DNA of 28,690 bases from NCBI GenBank assembly GCA_040752415.1, contig JBFMGU010000136.1, positions 1-28,690 on the forward strand, in the 5' to 3' direction. Shown piece after piece: positions 17,939 through 26,863 of the stretch; position 1 is the stretch's first letter; the number at the start of each line of letters is the position of its first letter. Made by a program: the position numbers and the translations under genes. The notes beneath the pieces are model-generated. The model was not told the origin of the DNA. It searched no databases and saw nothing but the letters and a program-made list of their open reading frames with translations. Source of the stretch: Myxococcota bacterium. Lineage in GTDB: Bacteria > Myxococcota > JACRCW01.

Positions 17939-18713
17939 GGGCGTGGCTCTCATCCTGACGCCTCATCCCGACGACGGTCCGCCAGTAGCGCCGTGCCGCT
18001 TCCTTGGGTGACCCGCGCTCCCTGCCAATGAGATTGGGTGCGGCTCATTTGAGACGACGCTTGGCCGCAGGCGTCAGCACATCCGCGTGGCCGGCAATGG
18101 TCAGCCCGGGGCCGCGCCGTCACGACGACGGATAAACCGCACGCGATGCGACCGGACCGACGGGTTCAACGCGACGGAGGACCGGCCAGCAATGTAGGGG
18201 CTGCCCGTTGCCGCTAGCGCGTGAGCGGTGAAGGTGGCCGGCAATGGTCAGCCCCGGGGCGGCGCGGTCATGACGACGGAAAACCGGTCCATGCATGCCC
18301 CGTTCACGCTGTCGAAGCGACGGCGAAGCGGTCAGCCCCTACATTGCTGGCCATTCTCCGTCGTCATGAAACGCTGGGCCGACGTTGCACGCCAGTTTCC
18401 GTCGTCATGAACCACTCGGCCCGGGGCTGACCATTGCCGGCCACCTTCACCGCTCACGCGCTACCGGCAACGGGCAGCCCCTACATTGCTGGCCGGTCCT
18501 CCGTCGCGTTGAATCGGTCGGTCCGGTCGCATTGCGTGCTGTTATCCGTCGTCATGACGGCGCGGCCCCGGGCTGACCATTGCCGGCCACCTGCGGATGT
18601 GCTGACGCCTGCGGCGAAGCGTCGTCTCAAATGAGCCGCACCCAATCTCATTGGCAGGGACTTCGCTACCGGAGGGCCCTCGTCGGCAAGGCGTCAGGAT
18701 GAGAGCCACACCT
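17939..18713. mobile_element. 775-bp non-autonomous foldback / MITE-like element
   Basis: Terminal inverted repeats match at 23 of 25 positions. Exact 8-bp direct repeat TTTGCATT at 17931-17938 and 18714-18721. Inner inverted arms 18019-~18258 and ~18420-18660 are about 95% identical by manual alignment. No credible ORF. Confidence 0.72.
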
Positions 18714-18794
18714 TTTGCATTCGGTCCTCCTGGCTCACCGGACCTTCCCCGCGTGTGAGAAACGTTGGCCATCTGCTTGCGCGTTGGAGGCACG

Positions 18795-20309
18795 TCACCA
18801 GCTCACCAGCACCCAACTCGTGGCGCTGACCGTGGGCGGAATCCCGAGCGTGTCGTGAGCTTGCACGGTGACGGCGGTCTTCAATCCCACCGTCTCCCGC
18901 GCCAGGAGCTGCCCCCGGACACGCGCGGGACCGCGGATCGCGATGTCGTCACCGGAGAGGACCGCGCCCTCCAACGTCACATCCGCCCCAGCGCAGACGT
19001 CGCCGCTCGAGAACACGCTGCCCAGGACCTTCGCGCCGTCCTGGATGCACACCCCAGGGTCGTCGCAGTCAAAGCCTTGCAGCGGGCTGCTGCACACGCG
19101 CCACGACGACGGCATGGGCCGCTCCGCGCCACACTCGTGGGCGGAGCACCGCATCCGTGAAGTCAGCTGACCGCGGACTTCTCCCGCCACCACGACCGTG
19201 GCGCAGTCGACGTCCCCCTCGACAATGCCCTGCACCCTGCAATGTCCCGCGGAACGGACCACCGTCCGAGCCCGGAACGTTCCGTCGATGTCGACGTCAC
19301 CGTCGGATAGCAGCGTGATGGTGGTCGGCGTGGGGCAGGACCTCAGGCGAGCGGGGGCGGCGCGCCTTCCGGTCAAGAACACGACGGGTGCGTCCCGCCC
19401 GTTGCACGGCGCCCGCAGCTCCACGTCGTCATCCTTCTGCACGATCCATGGCACGTCGGTCGGGCTCCAACAGGGGTCACGTGGGTCGGGTCCTGAGGCA
19501 GCGGCACTCCTCTCCGCGCACGCCCAGCGCCTCGTTCCCTCCCTCGTCACCAGCAGGACCTCCGACGACGGAAGGATGTCCGCGCTCCACCACGGCCGCT
19601 CCGCCACGGATACGTTGAGGAACATGGGTGGGTCGTGGCGTTTTGGCGGCGTGCATGTCGGGGAGGCGCAGGCCGATGCACAGGAATCGCAGCCGCACAG
19701 CGCGGGTGCACCACCGTCGGGCTGGGCAAGTGACGACGTCATAAGCAATGCATCGGACCCGCACAACGCCACCGCGCTCTCCACCATGACCTGCACCGGC
19801 GCGGCAATCACGGCGCGCGGAGGTGGGAAGACACGGTGGGCCACCGGCACCTGTGCGCGGGCCCCCTCCAGTGCCAGCGCCGCGTCACCCTGGATGCCGA
19901 GTGGATAAAGCCCCACCACGCGCACCACGTTGTCCGCATCCGCGCGGATGAGGCAGCCCAGCTGCGCATCCAGCGACACCAGGTGAAACGGTGCATCCCC
20001 CGCGCCCAGCGAGGGGAGTGACGCCGAGGGGGCCTGCTCCCACCACGTCTGGCGGGTCAGCTCGTGAAGCGCGTCCGGGAGGGAACGCCCCTGCTGCAGC
20101 TGGATGTGGAGCTGCGCGTCGATCTTGTCCAGGCACCGGCGTGCGGCTCGCCACGCCAGGCGCTTGGGAACCACCACGTCGGGATCATCGCCCGTGATGA
20201 CGTGCTCGGACGTCCCCAGGCCCACCAGCCACCAACCCACGCCCAGAGTCACGGCGAGAAGCAGGAGCAGCGGTACGCAACCGGAGGTGCCATCCCGTCG
20301 ACGTGCCAT
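18795..20309 (-). CDS. Hypothetical Cys-rich protein with an N-terminal membrane anchor and C-terminal beta-helix-like repeats
   Basis: MARRRDGTSG followed by a hydrophobic helix; C-terminal repeats such as GDVDIDG, VQGIVEGDV, VLGSVFSSGDV, LEGAVLSGDDI. ATG 20342 is an alternative start. Confidence 0.6.
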   Translation of the reverse strand: MARRRDGTSGCVPLLLLLAVTLGVGWWLVGLGTSEHVITGDDPDVVVPKRLAWRAARRCLDKIDAQLHIQLQQGRSLPDALHELTRQTWWEQAPSASLPSLGAGDAPFHLVSLDAQLGCLIRADADNVVRVVGLYPLGIQGDAALALEGARAQVPVAHRVFPPPRAVIAAPVQVMVESAVALCGSDALLMTSSLAQPDGGAPALCGCDSCASACASPTCTPPKRHDPPMFLNVSVAERPWWSADILPSSEVLLVTREGTRRWACAERSAAASGPDPRDPCWSPTDVPWIVQKDDDVELRAPCNGRDAPVVFLTGRRAAPARLRSCPTPTTITLLSDGDVDIDGTFRARTVVRSAGHCRVQGIVEGDVDCATVVVAGEVRGQLTSRMRCSAHECGAERPMPSSWRVCSSPLQGFDCDDPGVCIQDGAKVLGSVFSSGDVCAGADVTLEGAVLSGDDIAIRGPARVRGQLLARETVGLKTAVTVQAHDTLGIPPTVSATSWVLVSW

Positions 20310-20638
20310 CCGCGCTCCCGCGTCCCGACGGGAATGTACCATGCCAGGAGCTGCGTCAGAACAAGGCGTTCACTGGCAAGATGGACGTCGTGAGCGGGCC
20401 ACGACCTGGAGTGCGGCGGGCCCGCGGCGCCCTGGTCAGCGCCGAGCGGGTGGCAACCTCGTCAGCGGTCGACGGTCGCCGAGGCGTCGACGCACCGGCG
20501 CGATCAGGTTGGGGACCGTTGCACACGTTGATAACGCGCTTGGCGCTGACCAGGGCGGCGACGGGCCGCCGCACTCCGGGTTGTGGTCCGCTCGAGAGTG
20601 TCACGGACGCGATGGACATCTTGTTCTGACGCTGCCCC

Positions 20639-22339
20639 TCAGACGGTCCGGGCGGGCCTGGGCAGCACCACCTGCAAGGCCAGGCCCAGCACCACGACGA
20701 GCGCGCACCCGATCACGTTGTACCAGAGGTACCCCACGTCGGAGAACAGGAACAGCGCAACCACGGCGGACTGCGAGAGGACCGCCGCCACGAACACCGC
20801 GTGGCCCGCCACCCGACGGAAGAAGAACGCCACCAGGAAGATGCCGAGCACGGTGCCGTAGAAGATGGACCCCAGGATGTTCACCGCCTGGATCAGGTTG
20901 TCCAGCAACGACGCCATGGCGGCGAAACCAATGGCCACCAGGCCCCAGAAGATGGTGAACCCCTTGGAGGCCATGAGCACGTGCCGGTCACTGGCGTCGC
21001 GGCGGAGGAGGCGCTTGTAGAAGTCCACCGTCGTCGTGGCGCCCAGCGCGCTGAGCTCGCTGGCAATGGAGCTCATGGCCGCCGCCAGGATCACCGCAAT
21101 CAACAATCCAAAGAGGCCGCTGGGAAGCCAGTTCTTCACGAAAGTGATGAAGATGTAATCCGAGTCCTTGGTTTCCGCTCCCGGCAGCGCCTTGCCCACC
21201 ACCGTCTTGGCCTCCTTGCGGATGGTGCCCGCCTCCCGCGCGTATTCCAGGAGCTTCCGTCGAGCGCTCTCCTCACCCACCACGTCCGCCGACGAGCGCG
21301 CGGCAAGATAACGGTCCACCTCCGCGTGCTTCTCCGCCTGCACCCGTGCCCAACGGGCCTCCAGGGTCTCAAGCTCCGGGGCCTGCGCGGTGGCCTGGAC
21401 GCGCGCACGCAGGGAGTCATTGAAGAGCAGCGGCGGGGTGTTGAACTGGTAGAAAACGAATACCAGGACGCCCACGAACAGGATCATGAACTGCATGGGA
21501 ATCTTCAGCACGCCGTTGAAGAGCAATCCCAGGCGGCTCTCGGTGATCGACTTTCCCGAGAGATAGCGGCCCACCTGGGACTGGTCGGTGCCGAAGTAGG
21601 AGAGCGCGAGGAACAACCCGCCCGTGATGCCGGACCAGAAGTTGTAGCGGTCCTTCACGTGGAAGTCGAAGCTCACCACGTTGAGTCGCCCGAATGCGCC
21701 CGCCACGTCGACGGCGTGGGAGAACGTGACGTGCTCCGGGAGACGCCAGACGATCACGAACGCGGCGACCACCATGCCGCCCATCATCACCACCATCTGC
21801 TGCTTCTGTGTCTGACTCACCGCCTTGGAGCCACCCCCGACGGTGTAGAGGATGACCAGGCCACCCATGGCAATCACGGTGGGCTCCAGCGGCCAGCCCA
21901 GGATGGTGGAGAGGATGATGGCCGGCGCATAGAGCGTGATTCCAGATGCCAATCCGCGCTGCACCAGGAAGAGGAACGCACCGAACAGACGCGTCTTCAG
22001 GTCAAAGCGTGACTCCAGGTACTCGTACGCGGTGACGACGTTGAGCCGATAGTAGATCGGCACGAACACCGCGCTGATGATCACCATGGCAATGGGCAGT
22101 CCGAAATAGAATTGCACAAAGCGCATGCCGTCCTCGTACGCCTGGCCGGGGACGGAGAGGAACGTGATGGCGCTGGCCTGCGTGGCCATGACCGAGAGGC
22201 CGATGGTGGTCCATGGCAGCTCACGCTGGCCGCGCAGGTACTCGTCGGCGGTGGCGTTGGCGTGGCGCGTCTTCAGGATGCCCCACAGCACAATGGAAGC
22301 GGTGGTCCCCACCAGGACCAGCCAGTCGAGCGCCGTCAC
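20639..22339 (-). CDS. Sodium:solute symporter (SSS/SLC5 family)
   Basis: LSVMATQASAITFLSVPG, TAYEYLESRF, YTVGGGSKAV, GTDQSQVGRYL, AAAMSS; many transmembrane segments. Confidence 0.95.
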   Translation of the reverse strand: MTALDWLVLVGTTASIVLWGILKTRHANATADEYLRGQRELPWTTIGLSVMATQASAITFLSVPGQAYEDGMRFVQFYFGLPIAMVIISAVFVPIYYRLNVVTAYEYLESRFDLKTRLFGAFLFLVQRGLASGITLYAPAIILSTILGWPLEPTVIAMGGLVILYTVGGGSKAVSQTQKQQMVVMMGGMVVAAFVIVWRLPEHVTFSHAVDVAGAFGRLNVVSFDFHVKDRYNFWSGITGGLFLALSYFGTDQSQVGRYLSGKSITESRLGLLFNGVLKIPMQFMILFVGVLVFVFYQFNTPPLLFNDSLRARVQATAQAPELETLEARWARVQAEKHAEVDRYLAARSSADVVGEESARRKLLEYAREAGTIRKEAKTVVGKALPGAETKDSDYIFITFVKNWLPSGLFGLLIAVILAAAMSSIASELSALGATTTVDFYKRLLRRDASDRHVLMASKGFTIFWGLVAIGFAAMASLLDNLIQAVNILGSIFYGTVLGIFLVAFFFRRVAGHAVFVAAVLSQSAVVALFLFSDVGYLWYNVIGCALVVVLGLALQVVLPRPARTV

Positions 22340-22485
22340 GAGTAGGCCCGCGTCAGCGCCCAGAACAGGATGACCAGGAGCGCCAGGTTGCCAAGCACCA
22401 GGAGATAGATGTTGCGCCAGGAGCCCAGGAGGGGCGGTGCGTCGTCGAGCTCAGGGCGTTCCGGGGAGTTCTGGGGGGTGTTCAT
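22336..22485 (-). CDS. 49-aa single-pass membrane protein (absent from the ORF track)
   Basis: Translates as MNTPQNSPERPELDDAPPLLGSWRNIYLLVLGNLALLVILFWALTRAYS*. ATGA overlap with the upstream deacetylase and GTGA overlap with the symporter; G/C-ending codons. Confidence 0.85.
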   Translation of the reverse strand: MNTPQNSPERPELDDAPPLLGSWRNIYLLVLGNLALLVILFWALTRAYS

Positions 22486-24956
22486 AGCGCCAGGATGTTG
22501 GCCAGCAGCCGGTACGCGCCGGGAACGCCGGCGGGCAGCTGACGGAAGAATGCAATGCCGGTGTACACAAAGGCCCCCTTGCCATGCTTCGCAATGAGCA
22601 ATCCGCCCTGCAGCGGCGGTTCTCCCGGGTCATTCATGGTGAAGACCGGCCGATAGTGCTCATCCCACTTCGACGAGAAATACAGCCCGCGCTCCTGCAC
22701 CCACCCCTCGTAGTCCGTGGGGGTGAGCCGGTTGGGCACGGTGAGCACGGGGTCCTTGGGGTCCACCGGCGTCATGGCCGCGGTCTCGTCGGTGACGCGG
22801 TCCCGACCAATCTCAAGCGGGAACGGACCGAAGGAGACGGTGAGCGGTCCCACGCGGCTGTTGGTGTTGTACTGCACGACCACGCGGCCACCCTGCTCCA
22901 CGTACTGCATGAGCCGCTCCCGGTGCAGCGCAAGGCGCGGATTGGCGTTGAACGCGCGCACTCCGACGACGATGGCCTCGTATTGCTCCAGCCGCTCCGA
23001 GGCGAGGCGCTCCTCGGGAACCAGCGTGACCTCGTACCCCACGGCCGCCAGGCTCTCCGCCACGCGGTCACCGGGGCCGGGAATGTAGGCAATGCGTCGG
23101 ATGCGCGTGTTCAGCTCCAGCGGCACCAGCGCGGCCTCCGAGGCCTGGCGCACCGTCAGCGGTGGAATGTGCTCGTGATTCACCCGACGCACGCGCCAGG
23201 ATTCCTGCCGTCCCTCCACGTCGACGACCACGCGCAGGCGTGAGCGGGTTGCGCCCTGGGGTGGCGTGACCTGGAAATGGACCGTGCGCTCGTCGCCAGG
23301 CGCGGCAAGCTGGAAGGCGTGCGACGCGGGTTCCACGCGCCATCCTGCCGGGACCTCCAGGCGCACCTGCCCCTGGGCTTGGGCCTTTCCGGCCGCGAGC
23401 TGCACCGCCACGCTCTGCGCGCTGCCGTTGGGGAACATGATGACGTCGCGGCTCAACGTGGCGCTGACCAGGGGAGCAATCTCGAATGAGCGGTACAGCT
23501 CGCCGCGCACCGGGTCGGTCCAGGCGTGGACCACCTCTCGCTCGACGGAGAACCGCTTCCCGCCCACGTCGTAGGTGAAGGTCACGCGCAACGCGGGGTC
23601 GCCCACGGGTCGGCCAATCAGCGCGCGGTCGGCCACGTCGTGGCGGCCCCCGTCGGCGGGTTTGCGCAGCCAATAGGGCGTGCTGATCTCCGCGTCCCTG
23701 GGAGTGGTCACGGCCCTGCTCAGCTTCAGCGGCACGTTCTCGACGAGAGGCACATCCACCGCCACCGGCGCGCCGCCCGGCACGGTCACCGAGACGAGCT
23801 TCACCGTCGCGGGGGAGCGGTTCAGCGCCACCAGGCTCAACGACACTTCCTCGCCCGGAACCGCCGCGGCCTGGGGCGCACGCGCTTCCAGGAAGAGGCC
23901 CGCGCAGTTGGCAATGAGCTCGTCGGTCTCGCGCAGCTTGATGGCCTTCCACGGGTTGTCGTCGGGAAGTGCGGTGAGCTGCTGGTGCACCTTGAGGAGC
24001 GCGGGGATGCTGCGATGGGGAGCGCGGAGGTCAAAGCCCTTCGCCGCGTCGTCAATGGCGGCAATCAGCTTGGCCGTGCCCGGGTAGCGACGCCACGAGA
24101 AATCCAGGTCCGCGAACACATCACCCTTGGGCGCGGTGCCCGCCACCGGCGCGAAATACTCGAGGAGCGGACCGCGCTCGGGCGCAACGCCAAAGCCCTG
24201 GCTCTTGTGCTGGCTGCGGCTTCTCGCCGCCACCTCGCCCCAGGAAAGGCCCAACAGCGGCTCATAGGTGCCCACGTCCAGCTTGAGGTAGGCGGACATG
24301 TCGGCGTCGGGCTTGAGGTTCCACGTCGAGACGTTGTGAAGGAGGCGGTTGACCTGCCACGGCTTCACGTCGGTGAGCTGCTCCGGGAACCGCTTGGGAT
24401 CGGCCGCGGCGACAAAGGCCTCCTCGGCCAGCAGGGCGGAAGCGGTGTGGTGCCCGTGGTTGGGCGGCCGGGTGGTGAAGCGCGTCACCACGACGTCGGG
24501 ACGGAAGCGTCGGATGGCCAGCACCACGTCGGAGAGGGCCTCTTCCCTGCCCCAGGTGCGCAGCGTCTCGTCGGCGCTCTTGGAGTAGCCAAAGTCCCGC
24601 ATCCGCGTGAAGAGCTGCTCCGCCCCGTCGATGTTGCGGGCGGCCAACAGCTCATGCGTGCGGATGAGGCCCAGCAGCTCGTCCTGCTCCGTGCCCACCA
24701 GGTTCTGGCCTCCGTCGCCACGGGTCATGGACAGGTAGCCCGCACGCAGGCCGCGCGCGCCCACCAGCCAGGCCAGCAGGCGTGTGTTCTCGTCGTCAGG
24801 GTGCGCGGCCACGTAGAGCACGCTGCCCACCACGCCCAACCGGCGGATTCCCAGCGCGATCTCACCGGGGTGTGACGGGCCCGGGGGCTGGGCCATTGCC
24901 GTCGAGAAACCAGGGAGCATGGACAACACCATTGCGCAGCAGACCGTCTTCCTCAT
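22482..24956 (-). CDS. Secreted multidomain PIG-L/LmbE family deacetylase (Ig-like middle, class I GATase-like C-terminal domain)
   Basis: Signal peptide; AAHPDDEN, TRGDGGQN, DFGYSKS, RPDVVVTRF, HGHH, HKSQGFG; C-terminal YVEQGGRVVVQYN, WVQERGLYF, FFRQLPAGVPGAYRL. Confidence 0.9.
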   Translation of the reverse strand: MRKTVCCAMVLSMLPGFSTAMAQPPGPSHPGEIALGIRRLGVVGSVLYVAAHPDDENTRLLAWLVGARGLRAGYLSMTRGDGGQNLVGTEQDELLGLIRTHELLAARNIDGAEQLFTRMRDFGYSKSADETLRTWGREEALSDVVLAIRRFRPDVVVTRFTTRPPNHGHHTASALLAEEAFVAAADPKRFPEQLTDVKPWQVNRLLHNVSTWNLKPDADMSAYLKLDVGTYEPLLGLSWGEVAARSRSQHKSQGFGVAPERGPLLEYFAPVAGTAPKGDVFADLDFSWRRYPGTAKLIAAIDDAAKGFDLRAPHRSIPALLKVHQQLTALPDDNPWKAIKLRETDELIANCAGLFLEARAPQAAAVPGEEVSLSLVALNRSPATVKLVSVTVPGGAPVAVDVPLVENVPLKLSRAVTTPRDAEISTPYWLRKPADGGRHDVADRALIGRPVGDPALRVTFTYDVGGKRFSVEREVVHAWTDPVRGELYRSFEIAPLVSATLSRDVIMFPNGSAQSVAVQLAAGKAQAQGQVRLEVPAGWRVEPASHAFQLAAPGDERTVHFQVTPPQGATRSRLRVVVDVEGRQESWRVRRVNHEHIPPLTVRQASEAALVPLELNTRIRRIAYIPGPGDRVAESLAAVGYEVTLVPEERLASERLEQYEAIVVGVRAFNANPRLALHRERLMQYVEQGGRVVVQYNTNSRVGPLTVSFGPFPLEIGRDRVTDETAAMTPVDPKDPVLTVPNRLTPTDYEGWVQERGLYFSSKWDEHYRPVFTMNDPGEPPLQGGLLIAKHGKGAFVYTGIAFFRQLPAGVPGAYRLLANILAL

Positions 24957-25104
24957 GGTGCGCGCACCCTAACAAGGTGGCCGCGGTCGACGGAACGCCA
25001 AAGTGCGGGACCCAGCGTGGCCCCGGACGCAACCGTGATCACTGTCCTCCTGAGACGTGATTGCCTTCGGATTGGGTTTCACAAGGACATGCGCGCTTCT
25101 TCGG

Positions 25105-25190
25105 GGAGCCCAGAGCGTCGTTCCAGGAGACCGCGCCCAATCTCATTGGCGGAGCCCAGTGCGACGTCGTACGGGAGCCGCACCCAACTC
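25105..25190 (+). repeat. Two degenerate ~46-bp tandem copies of the CCAATCTCATTGG repeat family
   Basis: CCAGGAGACCGCGCCCAATCTCATTGGCGG closely matches 196-225; GAGCCGCACCCAA (25175-25187) matches 18633-18645. Confidence 0.75.
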
Positions 25191-25246
25191 CCTTTCGTGC
25201 AAAAACACTTGGCCGAGCACAACCCCGACCGCTATCACCGCGCCCC

Positions 25247-26863
25247 GTGGCGTCCTCCTTCTCCGCAGCCTGGCTCTCCGGCGACCCGCGCGCCGTGGCA
25301 TTCCTCCCGGACCGTTTCCGTCGAGCGGAATCACGCGCGGAGGCGGCGGCGGCCGCACGGAGACCCGTCTCCCCGACGCTGCTGGACGTGCTGCACGAGC
25401 GCAACGCGCGCTGGTCCCCAAGCGACGCCCGGCTGCGCAACGTGGAGCTGCTGGGACGCCCCGGCACGGTTGCCGTCGTCACCGGGCAGCAGATGGGCCT
25501 GTTCCTGGGGCCGCTGTTCACCATCTACAAGGCGGCGTCCGCCATCCAGACCGCGCGCGCGCTGACGGCGGAAACGGGCATCCCCGCCGTGCCGGTCTTC
25601 TGGCTCCAGACGGAGGATCACGACCTTCCCGAGATTGACCACTGCGTGGCTCCCCTCGGCACGGGCGAGTCCTTGCGGGTGGCGCTGAACCTGCCGGGCG
25701 CGGCCACGTCGCGGGTCCCGGTGGCCCACTGCTGTCTCCGTGACGACGTCAAAGATGCGCTTGCCACCCTCGCCGCCGAGCTGGGAACCCAGCCCCACGC
25801 CGCGGAGCACCTGGCGCTGTTGTCTGCCGCATACCAACCCGGTCGCACGCTGGTGGACGCATTCTCCAACGTCATTGCCACCATCTTCGCCGACGAGGGG
25901 CTCATCATCCTGGACCCCCGTGATGCGCGCCTGGCGTCGTTGGCTGCGTCCCTGCACCGTCGGGCGCTGGAGGACGCGGCGGCCATCTCGACAGCGTTGG
26001 AGGCGCGGGGGCATGCGCTGACGGAGGCGGGATTCAGCGAGCAGGTCCACATCCGTCCCGGCGCGCCGCTCAGCTTCTACAGCCCGGATACCGTGGACGG
26101 GCCGCGCTACCGCGTGGATCCGGCCGGCCCGGGGGCCTGGTCCTTCGTGGGTCATCCCCACGGGCGCACCGTGACGACATCACAGCTGCTCACCTGGCTG
26201 GAGGCCGAGCCGCTGCGTGCCACCACCTCCGCGCTGTTGCGCCCCATTCTGCAGGACACCCTGCTGCCCACCGCGGGCTACGTCGGTGGTCCCGGGGAGA
26301 TCGCCTACTTCTCCCAGCTTGGCCCTTTGTATGCGCATTTCGGGATTCCCATGCCGTTGATCATTCCGCGGGCGCGCTTCCGCGTGCTGGATGACCGGAC
26401 GCGCGGCCTGCTTGCGAAGCTTGGTCTCTCCGCGGACGAGGCGCTGGGTCCCCGGGAGGAGGTCCTGGCGCGACTGGCCCGTCACGACGAGAAGTACGAG
26501 CCGCCCGAGCGTGTGGAGGCGCGCCTGGTGGATGCGGTGATGCCAGAGCTGACGCGCCTGCGTGAGTCGATGGTTTCGCTGGATCCCAGCTTCGCCCGCG
26601 CGGCGGCGCGCACGGAGGAAACCATCAAGGAATCGGTTTCCAAGCTGGTGGCCAAGTATGGTCGCGCGCTGGCCCAGCGGGACCAGGTCACCGTGGAAAG
26701 ACTGGACCGCGTCCGCTGCTACCTGGCGCCCGGCGACGTTCCCCAGGAGCGCGTCCACGGACTGCCGTACTACGCTTGCCGCTTTGGCACGCGCGCTTTC
26801 GTGCGGATGGTGCTGGACGCGTGTGAGCCGTTCTCGGGCCGGCTCAAGGACCTCACGCCATGA
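25247..26863 (+). CDS. bshC: Bacillithiol biosynthesis cysteine-adding enzyme
   Basis: [64 protein letters not shown]. Start moved to GTG 25247 because the upstream in-frame part overlaps the repeat. Confidence 0.92.
   Translation: MASSFSAAWLSGDPRAVAFLPDRFRRAESRAEAAAAARRPVSPTLLDVLHERNARWSPSDARLRNVELLGRPGTVAVVTGQQMGLFLGPLFTIYKAASAIQTARALTAETGIPAVPVFWLQTEDHDLPEIDHCVAPLGTGESLRVALNLPGAATSRVPVAHCCLRDDVKDALATLAAELGTQPHAAEHLALLSAAYQPGRTLVDAFSNVIATIFADEGLIILDPRDARLASLAASLHRRALEDAAAISTALEARGHALTEAGFSEQVHIRPGAPLSFYSPDTVDGPRYRVDPAGPGAWSFVGHPHGRTVTTSQLLTWLEAEPLRATTSALLRPILQDTLLPTAGYVGGPGEIAYFSQLGPLYAHFGIPMPLIIPRARFRVLDDRTRGLLAKLGLSADEALGPREEVLARLARHDEKYEPPERVEARLVDAVMPELTRLRESMVSLDPSFARAAARTEETIKESVSKLVAKYGRALAQRDQVTVERLDRVRCYLAPGDVPQERVHGLPYYACRFGTRAFVRMVLDACEPFSGRLKDLTP

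Noticed and set aside
17945..18707. Alternative element boundaries at GGCTCT...AGAGCC (ISL3-like ends)
   Set aside because: No flanking duplication at these boundaries; the exact 8-bp repeat fits 17939-18713.
18221..18793. Short ORFs inside the foldback element as a transposase or toxin
   Set aside because: They are 60-83 aa, have no recognisable motifs and simply translate the repeat modules.
20303..20629. ORFs 20356-20619 (-) and 20303-20629 (+)
   Set aside because: No motifs or clear ribosome-binding site; cannot be supported from the sequence alone.
25061..25246. 62-aa N-terminal extension of BshC
   Set aside because: It translates the intergenic repeat (PNLIGG). BshC-like sequence starts near 25247.
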